From: Paragordius varius
Lineage: Eukaryota > Animalia > Nematomorpha
Direction of reading: 5' to 3'
Length of the DNA: 64,000 nucleotides
Assembly (NCBI GenBank): GCA_964247055.1
Contig: OZ176050.1
Coordinates: 13,206,001-13,270,000 of the forward strand
Positions 11,145-23,203 of the stretch are shown here, piece after piece. The position numbers and the translations under genes were made by a program. The notes beneath the pieces were generated by a model that did no database searches, was not told the origin of the DNA, and saw only the letters and a program-made list of their open reading frames with translations. Numbering within the stretch: the stretch's first letter is position 1; every line of letters starts with the position of its first letter.

Positions 11145-14100
11145 TAAATTTTATATATACCATTTACAATTCATATTCACCCTTGAACAATTCAAATTGA
11201 CCCTAAAAATAAATTATATATTTTCGGTCTAATATAACTCATCACTTATATGATGAAATATACAGTATACATTTTAATGGTTGCTTATTTCACACTATAG
11301 TTGGGCAATAGTTTATTCAACAATTTTGTAGTTTTTTCCATACACTGCTGTGTTGCAAATTGGCCAACTCTATAGCGTGAAATAAGGAACCATTAAAATG
11401 CATACTGAATCTTTATTGTTATTCAGTAATATTTTACGATTAAACAAAATTTCTTTTTTTAATATATAAAATATTGATAATTTTTTATTTAAAAAAACAC
11501 ATAATTTACTTTAGGGGGAATTTAAATTGTTCAAGGGTAAATTTGAGGTGGAAAATTCACCAAAGATTTAGAAAAAAAAGTAAAAGCATAGAATAGTAAG
11601 TATATTGTTATAAATCGTTAACACCTCGTGCTTAGGTACATATATATGATTAATAAAAAAATGGTAAATTTCGAGAAACATATATAAAGTGATGTATGAT
11701 ACTTACACATTTAAAATTTACGTTATTGGGGGCTAAAAACTTAATTATATCTTCTTTTTAAAAGGATCCCTAATTTTAAACCGTTGTTTCCACAAAGAAC
11801 TGTGCCTTTAAAAAACCATAATTTTAAATTCAGATATTTTTCACCCTGCCAATAATATTTTATTCCCATATATATATCACCCTTATGCAGTAAAAATTGA
11901 AATTATACGGACAAAATGTAAAAATATAAAGACAATTTTTTTTTCAAAAAAACAACCATACTTTTTTTAAACCTTAATTTATTTTATAAAAAAACATTTA
12001 GTTACAGTAAACAAAGATTGTGTTTCCAATTAAAATTATTTCTATATTATACTTGGTAGTTTAAACAATCAGTTATATATATATAAAATATCAAGATTAA
12101 TAAAGTATAATTGTCTTTTGAAAAAAAATTGTTTTATATTTCGCGTTTTGTCCATAGTATAATTTCAATTTTTACTGTAAATGGTTCAATTTAACATTTG
12201 TTTTGTTAAAACTATACAAATATGAGCAAAAAATGGTTAATATTCATAAAAAACCAAAATTGGTTATATATATATGTATTTCATACTAATTTCCTAGCGA
12301 TATAACTGCTACGGTTGAACGGGAACAATTCATAGAGGCAACGAAATTCCACGTTTTGTATTGAGGGTCAAATCGTTCCACAGTATTTAAATAACTCCAA
12401 CCATCGTGTCCCCCAATGGCATAAATCAAGCCGGTCAAAACACAAACACCTTACAGACGCAATTACAAAAAATACTGATTATAATTATTAATCAAAATAG
12501 TGTCTTTGTAATTAAGGAAAAAAACTTAAAATTCTTTTAGATCAGGATGAAAAGTAATAGGCAAAGAGACAAATACTATAAATCGACTTAAAAAATGTTT
12601 AAAATAGTGTAAAAAATGAAAATAATGTAAAAAAACTTAATGTGGATAATAAGGGAAAAAATAGGCCAAAAATAGCCCCACATCAAAACACAATAAATAA
12701 GAGTAAAAATTATTTGAGGAGAAAAGCGTCTACTAATACCAAAAAACCTATAAATTATGGCCACAAATGTGATGAAAAGAATGTTAATGCATAGAAAATA
12801 TTTCTTAGTTTTTCATGGAATTTCACCTTTAAATAAAAATACTGATATAAATTGAATATTATGATATAGATAGTCTAACTATTATTGCATTTATAATTCA
12901 GCTAAAATGTATGAATTTCTTGGGTGAATTTTTAAGTATTACTACTAGTAATCTTTGTCAAACGTAAAAAATAAAACTAAAATATAAATTAAAAACTTAG
13001 TCTTACTACTTATAAGTTTTTATTTTTAATGTTAAACCTAATCCATGTCGAGGTGTTATCATAGCAGAACTCCATTCCCAATCCCCCAAATCAAAGAGTT
13101 GAGACGATGTTGAACGTAAATGATTAATTCCATTTACTTCATCATTGTTAACATTATTCAATTCATAGTTTGAAAACGTATTATTATGATTTCCACAATT
13201 ATTTTGAGATTCATTATTATTGCAATTAATAAAAGATTCATAAGATGAGCGCAAATCTTTCCTATTCATTTTTGCCGAATTATTGAAATTTTGGAAAAAT
13301 ATATTATCTTGCTTATGTGCCATAGTATTATTATTTTCATATGAAGCCGTATGCAAACGGCATGATTCCACTGGGTTAAAAGACATCATAGAGCTTAAAG
13401 TTTTGAAACCATCCCGACCTCCAACCACGTAAATTAGTCCTAATAAATATATATATACCATTTACAGTTCAAATTCACCCTTAACAATTCAAATTCACCC
13501 TAAAAATAAATATGTGTTTTCGGGCAAATATAACTCATCATTAAAATATATTCTTATGGCATAGTATATTATTTTTTCAGTATTATATTAATATTTAACA
13601 AAACTTCAATTTTTAAAAATATAAAAAAATATAGGTAATATTTAATTTTAAAAAACACAATTTATTTTAGGGTGAATTCGAATTGTTCGAGGGTGAATTT
13701 GAACTGTAAATGGTATATATATTATATATATATATAGTATATTTAAATTCATAACGTATATGGTTTTTTACGAAGTTTGGTAAACGAAAAATTCACAAAA
13801 AATAAATCAAAAGTCACAATTTAAGTGATAGCAATTTAGCTCACAATACTCAACTAGAAGTATATGCAATAAATACCACCTCATAATTACAACAATTTCG
13901 AAAAATATATGACTTATTATATGGATCATGACCCTTTTCTTGCAAAAATATGTATTAAAATTATTTTTTTGGAATACTTTCCAATTAATATACGGTTTTA
14001 TTCTGATATATTTAATTAAAAAAGATATATACAAATTAATAAGTTTCTGGAAAATACATACTACTTCAAACGATTAAAATTGAATGTTAATGACAAAAAG

Positions 14101-16093
14101 GGGCGAACTCTTTTCTTGATATGATAATATAAAATGGACTTGCATCAACGTAACCTTACGACAGAACAATGTAAAGATTGTAAGTTATGGCGGAAATTAC
14201 TTTGGGGCCAGAAAACTCTGAATTTAGAGTTCTAAACCTTTTCGACTACTATAATTTTATTTTAAAATCGGAAAAGTGTATGTTCTATTTAGTTAAGATT
14301 ATATATATTTTAATAAGCAGGGGGGATTGATCATTATAAAAGGTTTCATCCACTCGATATCTTAAAGAGATTTATTTATACCATTTACAATTCAAATTCA
14401 CCCTTGAATAATTCAAATTACCCTCGAACAATTCAAATTAATTCAAATTTACCCTTGAATTCAAATTCACCCCCAAACAATTCATATTCACCCTAAAAAT
14501 AAATTATGTGTTTTCGAACTAATATAACTCTTATTAATATAAAATATATCTTTATGGCATAATTTATTATTTTTTCAGTATTATTTCAATTTAAAACAAA
14601 ATTTTATTTTTTAAAAAATGTACTAAAATATAGGTAATTTTTACTCATAAAAAAACATGTTAGTTATTTGAGGGTGAATTTAAATTGTTCAAGGGTGAAT
14701 TTGAATTGTTCTTCAAGGGTGAATTTAAATTGTTCTTCAAGGGTGAATTTGAATTGTTCAAGGGTAAATTTGAATAATTGTTCAAGGGTGAATTTAAATT
14801 GTTCTTCAAGGGTGAATTTGAATTGTTCAAGGGTGAATTTGAATAATTGTTCAAGGGTGAATTTAAATTGTTTTTCAAGGGTTAATTTGAATTGTTCTTC
14901 AAGGGTGAATTTGAATTGTTTAAGGGTTAATATATTTACCTTCACAGAGAACGGCTCCAAATTGAACCCGTTTACTAAGTTGTTGAGGTAAATGAACATT
15001 TAAACTATGGTCAGGAGGATTTATTATGGGTTTTGAATTGAACAGTTTTGGCACATTCATCAATCCGTCATTATTATTATTGGGAATCGATACATTATTA
15101 ATATTATTCTCATTTAATGTAACTGATGATTTCTCAATCGAATTATAGGTTGTGTTGTTAGGATTTAGGGTATTTAAAGCTGTCCAAACGTTACAACGAA
15201 AATCGTAAATTTCCATACCACTTGGATCTATAAATTAGTAAGTAAAATAATTTAGTCATAAGATATTTCCATTGAATAAAAAATAAGTTATTGATTTACC
15301 CAATAAGGTATTCAATAAGAAAAACCTAAAATTTGATGTTATCAACAAAATAATATATATATAATGTTTTTGTTAATAAAACATTTAACTATTAGACATT
15401 AAACAAAAATAAAATAAAAATTAAAAAATCTAAAATATGATAATTTATGACACATTGAAATAACAATATACTTTTTTGTTTATCATTACCACCGATAGCG
15501 AGAACTAGGCCAAATGTCCCCTTGCGTGCTTTTTGTGACCTGTAGAAAAGCGAATATTTATACTTTTCATAGCAAAACTAAAAATATTTTAAAATAATCA
15601 ATAAAGTGTTTAAAATTCAAGCAATTTAATATTTAAAAAATACTTTTGGAAATACAATAATCTATTTCAATTCCGAGTAAGAGTAAAAATATTTTTAAAA
15701 TGATCAATATAAAATCAGAATGTTTGAATTTAAAGCACTTTAGTTTTAAAATAAAACTTTTATTTATATTGTAAGAAAGACATTTTTTTACGTAAAATGG
15801 ATTAATTTATTAAAAATTTGTAATTTCAATAAAAACAAAACATAATAATTAAAATATTATATGAAATACAATAATATATTTACCATTTTGTCACACTTTG
15901 ATTGTCATAAATACGATGATGACAATAATTGATTTGAGGGAGTAAAGAATTTTCAACCCAACTATTTTGACAGAGAAAGGCTTGAATTAAAAGTCGACGG
16001 CACATATCAAAATCTAGGCCATCTGACCCGTTCGTGGTGTCTAACATCATTGGTTCTGCAAGGAGTTTTTTAATGGCCTAAAACAAATTATGT

Positions 16094-16152
<59 letters not shown>

Positions 16153-19052
16153 ATTTAGAGTTCAAATTCACCCTTAAACAATTTAAATTCACCCTTGAAC
16201 AAATAAATTTCACCCTCAAACAATTTAAATTCAACCTTAAACAAATAAAATTCACCCTTAAACAATTCAAATTCACCCTAAAATAAATATGTGTTTTTTA
16301 AGTTTAAATATTACCTATATTTTTTTATAATTTTAAAAAAAGAAATTTTGTGTGTAATCAAAATAATACCGAAATAATAATAAAACTTTGTCATAAAAAT
16401 TTTAATGATGGAGTAAATTACAAAATTTAATAATGTATTTTTAGGGTGAAGTTCAAGGGTGAATTTGAACTTTTCAAGGGTGATGAAGTGTAAATGGTAT
16501 ATATATAGTAAAACTGAAATTATACGGACAAAACGTAAATATATAAAGACAAATATTTTTTTCTAAAAGACAACCATACTTTTTAAATCTGGATTAATAT
16601 CAATATAACTCATTATTTTAAATGGCAAAAGTAAATAGGGTTATAATATTAACACAATCAATTCTATATTTTACAATTGTAACTAAATAGCTTATATGAG
16701 AAAAATTAAGGAAGTATGATTATCTTTTATTTGTCTTTATATTTTTACGCCGTATATTTTAATTTTTACTGTGTTATATATAGGTATTGTGTGAAAGATA
16801 GTATATACTTACTTATATAATATTTTTTTAACAAAAAGAGATTAAAAATATTAAAAATTTACCAGTTATTATTTGTAATAATTTAAGTATAACAAAACAA
16901 TAAAAGGTTCTGTCAAATTTATATTTCTTAAAATAATTGAAATGATTAAATTAATCTAATGTTAATTGGTATTTACAATTGTATATATTTTCAAAAAACA
17001 TTTAGTCTGCTTTTATATATATATATATATATATATACAGTCATGTATCCTTTATTTTATCAAAAATCGATTTTCTTTCGTTAAATGGGTGGTATAAATA
17101 TTTGTTAAAGAATGGAAAAAAACAAGTGCTCATGGTACTAACAATATCATATTATCAAAAAAGTATAAGAAGTACCATAGAGCTCTTGTTTTTTCCATTC
17201 TTTACCAAATATTTAAGCCCATTTAACGGAAAAAATAATTTTTTGATAAAATAAAGGATACATGACTGCAATTTAGCAGCAATTAAATGGTTGAGTGGAA
17301 GAATAGGAAATAGCTGCTTAGAAAATAATCTGTCATGTTCATTAAAATAATTTTGGACGATAATTAAAATAAAATAAAAATTAAATTATTGTCATGTAGT
17401 TAGTCCATTTGAAAAGAAAACACACGAAATAAATATAATATCCGTTTTGGCTAGTACATTCTTATTATAAATAATTATGTTAATTATTAACTAGTTTAAT
17501 TCGAAACATTTAACGTATTCTTTCCAAATGCATAAAAAATTATAGTGGTTAAAAATATAGTTTGTAGGATTCTCCATCAAAAAAATTAATTGTTTAGCGT
17601 TCTACAAAAAAATATTACAGTAATTGAAATTATACGGACAAAACATGAAAATATAAAGAATTTTTAACATGCAGACAACCATACTTTTTTAAATCTTAGT
17701 TTTTTTAAGTATAACTCATTGTTTTAACTACAAATTATAATATAGAAATGATGGAAATTGGTAACACAATCAATTATGTATTTTACGATTGCAACTAAAT
17801 GTTTTTTATGGAACAAATTAAGATTAAAAAAGTAGTATGGTTGTCTTTTGAAAAGATTAATTTGTCTTTATTACATTTTGTCCGTATAATTTCAATTTTT
17901 ACTGCATAAAAAATAACTAATGTATTATAAAAAAATATTACAGTAAAAATTGAAATTATACGGACAAAACGTGAAAATATAAAGACAAATATTTTAAACA
18001 TTAAGACAACCATACTTTTTTGACCTTACTTTTTTTGAGTATAACTCATTGTTTTAAACTACAAAGTATAATATAAAAATAATGGAAATTGGTAACAAAA
18101 TCAATTATGTATTTTACGATTGTAACTTAATGTTTTTTATAGATTAAACTAAGGTTTAAAATATTATGGCTGTCTTTTGAAAAGATTAATTTGTCTTTAT
18201 ATTTTTACATTTTGTCCGTTTAATTTTATAAAAATTGATGAAAAAAATATTATAAAAAATGTTAAAAATATTACAGTAAAAATTAATATTATACGGACAA
18301 AACATGAAAATATAAAGACAAATATTTTTAACATTATTTTCCTAATTTTTTTAAAACTTACTTTTTTTATATATAACTCATTGTTTTAAACTACAAAGTA
18401 TAATATAGAAATGGAAATTGATAACACAATCAATTATGCATGTATTTTACGATTGTAACTAAATGTTTTTTATGAAATAAATTACGGTTTAAATAAGTAG
18501 TATGGTCCAATCTAAAAATATATTCAAATCCGAAGACTTGGCTATTACGGTTACATTCAAAGATTAGACAACGATAATTGGATTAAAAAATATAACAAAC
18601 ATTAAACCAAACAACGGGATGCCAAGGGACCCCTTGACAACAGCTATCTATCATCTATCTATCTTTTGAAGAAAAAAATTGTCTCTATATTTTTACATTT
18701 TGTCCGTATAATTTCAATTTTTACTGTATATAAAAAAATAACTAAAAAATTGATAAAAAAAGGTTACATCATGTGATAGATAACGCATTCGAACACACCC
18801 TAAAAGTGAGGGGAAATGACATTTTCTGGCCGGCAAATCATGATGGATCCATTTCATGAGAGCTGTTAGGATTTGATCTTCTGAATGTACGCAAATCTCA
18901 TCATGCATCAAAATTTCTTTGAGGTGTTCATGGTTAAGGCATAAAAATTCACGGTGATTTATTACATCGATAAAATTTTCCTAATGTAATATAGAATAGA
19001 ATGATATTATTATAAATGTTATCTAAAATGTTAAATTATGAAGGAAAAATCG

Positions 19053-19091
<39 letters not shown>

Positions 19092-22000
19092 TTTATTATT
19101 TCTGAAAAAAATAAGCGTTTAAAGATTATTGAAAATTTGTAAATTGAATGGAAAGACTAAATATTTTGGATATTGTTTACGCTGAAGTGTGATTGTATTA
19201 TTATATATGCAATTATAATTCAGCTAAAATTGTATAAATTTATTATAATATTTCGATTACTACAAGTAACCTTTGTCAAACATAAAAAATAAAAATTAAA
19301 ATATAAACTAAAATTTAAAGTATAAAGTAAAATAGAATAGAATAATCTACATATTTATAAATGTCATCTAAAGTGTTAAATTTAAAAGGAAAAATCGTAA
19401 TAATATATGTACATTTTTATCTTCTAAAAATTTAGCATAGATGGGTGATTGAAAATCTTTAAATCGAATGGAAAGACTAAATATTTTGACAGTGATTAAT
19501 GATTCAAAAATTGTTATCAAATAAAACTTTGAGAAAATAAAGATCTGCTTTATACTAACTATTAAAATAAGTTATTACATCTAATTCATAATTCAAATAA
19601 AAATTAACACGTAAAAACCAATACCGATTATGCAGGCAAATAACCTTGGTTAAGACTTTAAAATTTAGACGTTTATTAAAACCTTTTTGACTATTTGGCA
19701 TCATAATCAAACTTTGGAAGTTTATTATATAAAAATCTGAACTCGAATTGAAACCGTGAAAGGATTTTAGGTTTAAATGTAATTACTTATTTAAAAAGAG
19801 AAATAAAAAATAAAAACTAAACTATACAAAAAAAATGCGGTTTTTATGAAAAATTTAAATGTATTACAATAATATATCGTTGAGCAAAATGGAGCAAGGG
19901 TTGACAACCTTGGAGGTCAGCAAATGTCCGAATTCCACAACAATTGGAAGCATCGATGCGGGAAGCCATAAAACGCGATGCGGCATTCACTAATTCACCC
20001 ATTTGGAGTAAATTTGCCGTGGCTAAAATTTTTTCTACCGTATCATCTCGGATTTCAATGCACCCTAGTATTAAAAAAATGTATATACAGTATAAATTAA
20101 ATTTTTACAAAAGTTTTTCGAAAAAAAATACCTTTTTAAAACATACTTAATGATTCTTACAAAAATTTTAAAATGTAAAGTATGATTGAATAGAGGTGTG
20201 ATGATATAGTAGGTAGGGGACCGGATTCTTAAACTGCATGGCAGAGTTTGAACCCCCCAAAATACGCAATTTTTTTTTTCAACATCACTGTCAGCCCTGG
20301 GCAGGTGAGTGTTAAAGCCTTCACATGTCTGGATATAATTTAAGTCCTTACCCTTTAATAAAAAAGGAAAAAAGAGACTCTAAACTGTACATTTTTTATA
20401 GTATGATTGAATGGATTTACATTTTACATCTCTTCTCTTTAATTTGCGACCAAGATGTCTTGTTTTAAAGGTAGAAAAATATGGTTGCCATATTTAAAAA
20501 ATATTTGTCCATTAAATTTTATGTATTTTTTAGGTAGTTTATGAATGGTTAAAATCTTCAAAAGTATGAAAAAAGTTGTATAGAGTAACATTATAATGTT
20601 ATAAACCAGGTAACAAAATAGTCATTATTTGCCTTGATTAAATTTAACAGTATTATATCTAATTGCGAAGGAAATGCCGTTTTAATTCTTTATCTTTAAA
20701 TAAATACTTTATACAATTGTTGTAAAACAAATTTAATTGATACAAACGAAAATAAACATAGAACAACTCAAATCAAACTATATTTTGCACGAATTCTAAA
20801 GTAAATATATGTGTATGATTAAAATAATAAAAATATTTTAAAAAATAAACTCCGTACAATATTTTTAAAGGGTAGAAAAAATCAACATACATGGTTTAGA
20901 AAAAACGGTATTTAGGTTCTTTTTTAAGCAAATTGATACTATGTAGATTAAAATTTTAAAACCTATATTCTTCATAAATCTTTGGGATAAAAATTTTGCA
21001 TATAAATTCTTACCAGTGTACATGTAATCGACTATGAGTGAAAGGATAGGAGCATCAATATCACGCATAGCTATTCGATATTGCCTAGATTCGCGCGTTA
21101 TTCCATCGTGGGCAAACATGGCATGGAAATAATCAGAACAAGCGGCCAACACAATTTTATGAGCTGGTTCAATTTCGATTCCTACAAAAGCCAAAAGAAA
21201 GAGAATTAATTCCTAATAGCTATACTCTAAATCTAGGGTTAAACCTAAAGTTAATTTTCAATTTAATTTTCAAATTTTCAGTTTAATGTCAATTAAATTA
21301 ATTTAAATTCGTATAACCGACTGCATTTATACCAAAATTGCAAAGTTGGATATATATACGAAATCGATATGTGAAAACCCCAAGTCAAATAGTTGTGTCG
21401 TACTGATGCTTGCTAACCAGCACGAAACTAGTCTGCGATTTTTATTGACGAAAGAGTTTCAGATATCGTTTGTATTTCCTGTTAATAAAAGTAACTTTCA
21501 ATTAATTTTCGTTTATCATTGTATTACGGATTTAACAACTGTTTATAATAATTGTAGTTTTAACAAATAATAGTGACTTTATCAAGTTTAATAATTTGTT
21601 ATTAAAGAAAATAACCTAGTCATACCTGGTAATTTATTAACTAGTTCCATAAAAATATTTGAACTGGAATGATTTTTTAAAAAATGTTTATATTTATTGC
21701 TTTTTGGAAAATTAATTTACAATTTATATTTTCAGTTTTACATTTCGCACCTACTTAACGCTATATATATATATATATATATCAGTCAATTATCGTACAC
21801 GGTGACAGTACCTATCATGAAGTTGGGTATATCATAGATGTGGGTTTTTAGCTAATCTAGTTTAAAATCATTTTTTGAATTTTACAAAAAAAAATTCGAA
21901 TGAACTTTCAAAATTTTATCATTTATTCTAATTTATAGCTCTAATCGTCTAAAATGACAGTTTTTCACAAAATATTAGTCTCGAAATCACATGGTAATAT

Positions 22001-23203
22001 CTAAGTTGTAACAAAATTGAAACATTAGGTTTAATTGTAATGCTAGGCTTCTATATTGATATCCAAAATTAATTTATATATAATGATTTTCACTAAAGTA
22101 TTAGAGAGCTAACTCTCTTGTTTTTTATTTGATAAAAATTTCACTTATTAATTTTATGAATGCGTAAAAAAGTTGATGGATTAGTGTGAGACAAATGTCT
22201 AATTTGCATCAAAATTAATTTGTAAAAAAATATCAAAAAAAAATTGTTTAACAAATTATTGCTTTTACAATATATCAAATCACATTCAAAAATAAATCAC
22301 AGGGATTATTAATGTTATTTATATAAAGGAAGTTACATCAAACCTTTTAATAGCTTCTTCTTATTTTCCATCCTATTGATTTCTTTTTTTTATCTATCAA
22401 CTAATTTTTTATACATTTGTTACATCGTTTTAACGCTTTGATATATACATATTAAAATATTAATTTTACCCGCAAGCTAACATCAAAGGTATGGATGGGT
22501 ACCGTGTTTTTGTTATTGTAATCGGTTTTACATAATATTTAAACAAACTTATTTATTTGTAATCGAAAGACTTTTCACGATTTTTGTCGTAAAAAATTTT
22601 TTCTCAAAAGTCCGCAATTTTCAAATGTAAATATATTGAAAACGATCTAATATTTACAAGTTAAATATATATTAACCTGTTTTATATTTGGTTATTAAAT
22701 TTTAAAAAAAATGAAAATAAATTTAAAGTTTATAGTGCGATTTTTGTTAGATATATCAAATATTACATCTTTAAAAAAATCCATATAAATTGATTAATCA
22801 TTAGCGGTGTTTCATAGCTATAAGGTATGGGCAAACCGGATACTGATATAGAGTTTCCCATGGAATCGGTATTAATGAGTGATATGTTAACAAATTTTCA
22901 ATAGAATTCTTAAAAAGCTATGTGGAATTAGTCATATTTACTTTAATTTAATGAGTTTTGGCCGACCCATAACGTCAAATTATTTATCAATCATTTACCT
23001 TCTACTGAATTCTCCAAACTTTGTTGTAAATAATCATTGGATTTAGAAGGTTCAGAATATTCGATATTCGAAGATATTGGGTTTGACATAGCAACTAGAA
23101 TAACATCACAAAGAATGCCTTCACTACGGAGTTTGTTTATACTACTAAATCTGGACTGGCCAATACAACACTCGGGAAATCCTCCATATTTATGGAGTTT
23201 CAT
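4829..23203 (-). CDS. KLHL5: Kelch-like protein 5 family (BTB-BACK-6 Kelch), ~1020 aa. Exons 23203-22999, 21181-21014, 20064-19868, 18980-18768, 16077-15884, 15539-15472, 15227-14940, 13439-13038, 12449-12287, 10181-10063, 9306-9102, 8539-8365, 7913-7591, 6318-6134, 4986-4829
   Basis: BTB: [14 protein letters not shown]...[18 protein letters not shown]...[13 protein letters not shown]: [10 protein letters not shown]...[11 protein letters not shown]...[16 protein letters not shown]. Kelch blades [85 protein letters not shown] closely follow KLHL1/4/5. All 14 introns are GT-AG with consistent phase (exon sum 3063 nt). The start codon is uncertain (open frame extends to ~23290) and the last three exons are less certain. 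Confidence 0.9.
5219..5499. mobile_element. TA-flanked MITE, family B
   Basis: TIR TA-CAGTAAAAACTGAAATTATATGGACAAAACGTAAAA ... TTTTACGTTTTCTCCGTATAATTTCAATTTTTACTG-TA. Confidence 0.85.
5717..6025. mobile_element. MITE family A (21-bp subterminal repeats), right TIR degenerate
   Basis: TA-CCATTTACAAATCAAATTCACC start; four to five GGGTGAATTTGAATTGTTCAA-like units at 5927-6022. Confidence 0.75.
6400..6508. mobile_element. MITE family A, internally deleted mini copy
   Basis: TA-CCATTTACAGTTCAAATTCACCC ... GGTGAATTTGAATTGAAAATGG-TA within ~110 bp. Confidence 0.7.
6773..7031. mobile_element. MITE family A
   Basis: TA-CCATTTACAATTCAAATTCAC start, shared AT-rich core, GGGTGAATTTGAATTGTTCAAGGG near the end. 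Confidence 0.7.
7230..7512. mobile_element. MITE family B, degenerate
   Basis: TA-CAGTAAAAATTGAAATTATACGGA ... CATTTTGTCCGTATAATCTTCGTTTTTACCG. Confidence 0.7.
10226..10496. mobile_element. MITE family A, left TIR missing
   Basis: AAATT(T/C)ACCCT units at 10226-10280, shared core, ends GTGAATTAACTGTAAATGG-TA. Confidence 0.7.
10522..11108 (+). mobile_element. piggyBac-like non-autonomous element with TTAA ends
   Basis: Left TTAA-CACTT[27 bp]CGATTCAAATTGGGG..CCCCAGGCCT; right AGCCTGGGG..CCCCAATTTGAATCGAAGTG-TTAA (inverted repeat of the left end). A second copy lies at 1-524. Confidence 0.75.
11160..11555. mobile_element. MITE family A carrying a nested small inverted-repeat element (11286-11384)
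   Basis: TA-CCATTTACAATTCATATTCACCC start; right-arm units at 11513-11550; insert bounded by TATTTCACACTATAG / CTATAGCGTGAAATA. Confidence 0.6.
11888..12177. mobile_element. MITE family B
   Basis: CAGTAAAAATTGAAATTATACGGACAAAATGTAAAA ... GTTTTGTCCATAGTATAATTTCAATTTTTACTG-TA. Confidence 0.8.
13458..13713. mobile_element. MITE family A, complete
   Basis: TA-CCATTTACAGTTCAAATTCACCC ... GGGTGAATTTGAACTGTAAATGG-TA, a perfect 23-bp TIR. Confidence 0.9.
14065..14228 (+). pseudogene. Probable 3' fragment of a non-LTR retrotransposon ORF2 (RTE/L2-like)
   Basis: Reads [14 protein letters not shown]...[25 protein letters not shown], resembling the 'V.G.R.RGRP...DM....L..E.A.DR..WR' C-terminus of RTE-type ORF2; contains stops. 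Confidence 0.45.
14381..14928. mobile_element. MITE family A whose right arm has expanded into a 21/24-bp minisatellite (14670-14928)
   Basis: TA-CCATTTACAATTCAAATTCACCC start, standard core, then ~12 tandem GGGTGAATTT(G/A)AA(TAA)TTGTTC(TTC)AA units; no right TIR. Confidence 0.85.
16100..16146. repeat. (TA)n microsatellite
   Basis: About 23 TA units directly before the family A MITE at 16151. Confidence 0.95.
16151..16497. mobile_element. MITE family A
   Basis: TA-CCATTTAGAGTTCAAATTCACCC, five to six left-arm units, ends GTGTAAATGG-TA. Confidence 0.85.
16507..16772. mobile_element. MITE family B, directly after a family A copy
   Basis: AGTAAAACTGAAATTATACGGACAAAACGTAAA ... CCGTATATTTTTAATTTTTACTG. 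Confidence 0.75.
17038..17268. mobile_element. Palindromic MITE family C, complete
   Basis: (TA)n-CAGTCATGTATCCTTTATTTTATCAAAAA ... TTTTTGATAAAATAAAGGATACATGACTG; ~29-bp perfect TIR plus inverted internal arms. Confidence 0.9.
17618..18726. mobile_element. Tandem cluster of three family B MITEs (17618-17904, 17941-~18230, 18274-18726)
   Basis: Each copy starts AATATTA-CAGTAA..AAATTATACGGACAAAAC and shares the AGACAACCATACTTTTTT core. Confidence 0.85.
18507..18662 (+). mobile_element. 5'-truncated LINE (RTE-like) 3' fragment inserted into a family B MITE
   Basis: Translates [21 protein letters not shown] then, frameshifted, [14 protein letters not shown]; ends in a (TATC)n-like tail; interrupts the MITE between TATGG and TCTTTTGAA. 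Confidence 0.55.
21283..21431 (+). mobile_element. Helitron-like 3' end fragment
   Basis: Inverted copy of 46015-46160; ends in a degenerate hairpin, then GAAA-CTAG|T. Confidence 0.55.

Noticed and set aside
14660-14999. CRISPR-like array or repeat-protein genes (three overlapping ORFs)
   Set aside because: The units are contiguous with no unique spacers, there are no cas genes, and the same unit occurs in all family A MITE arms. The ORFs follow from the 3n repeat period.
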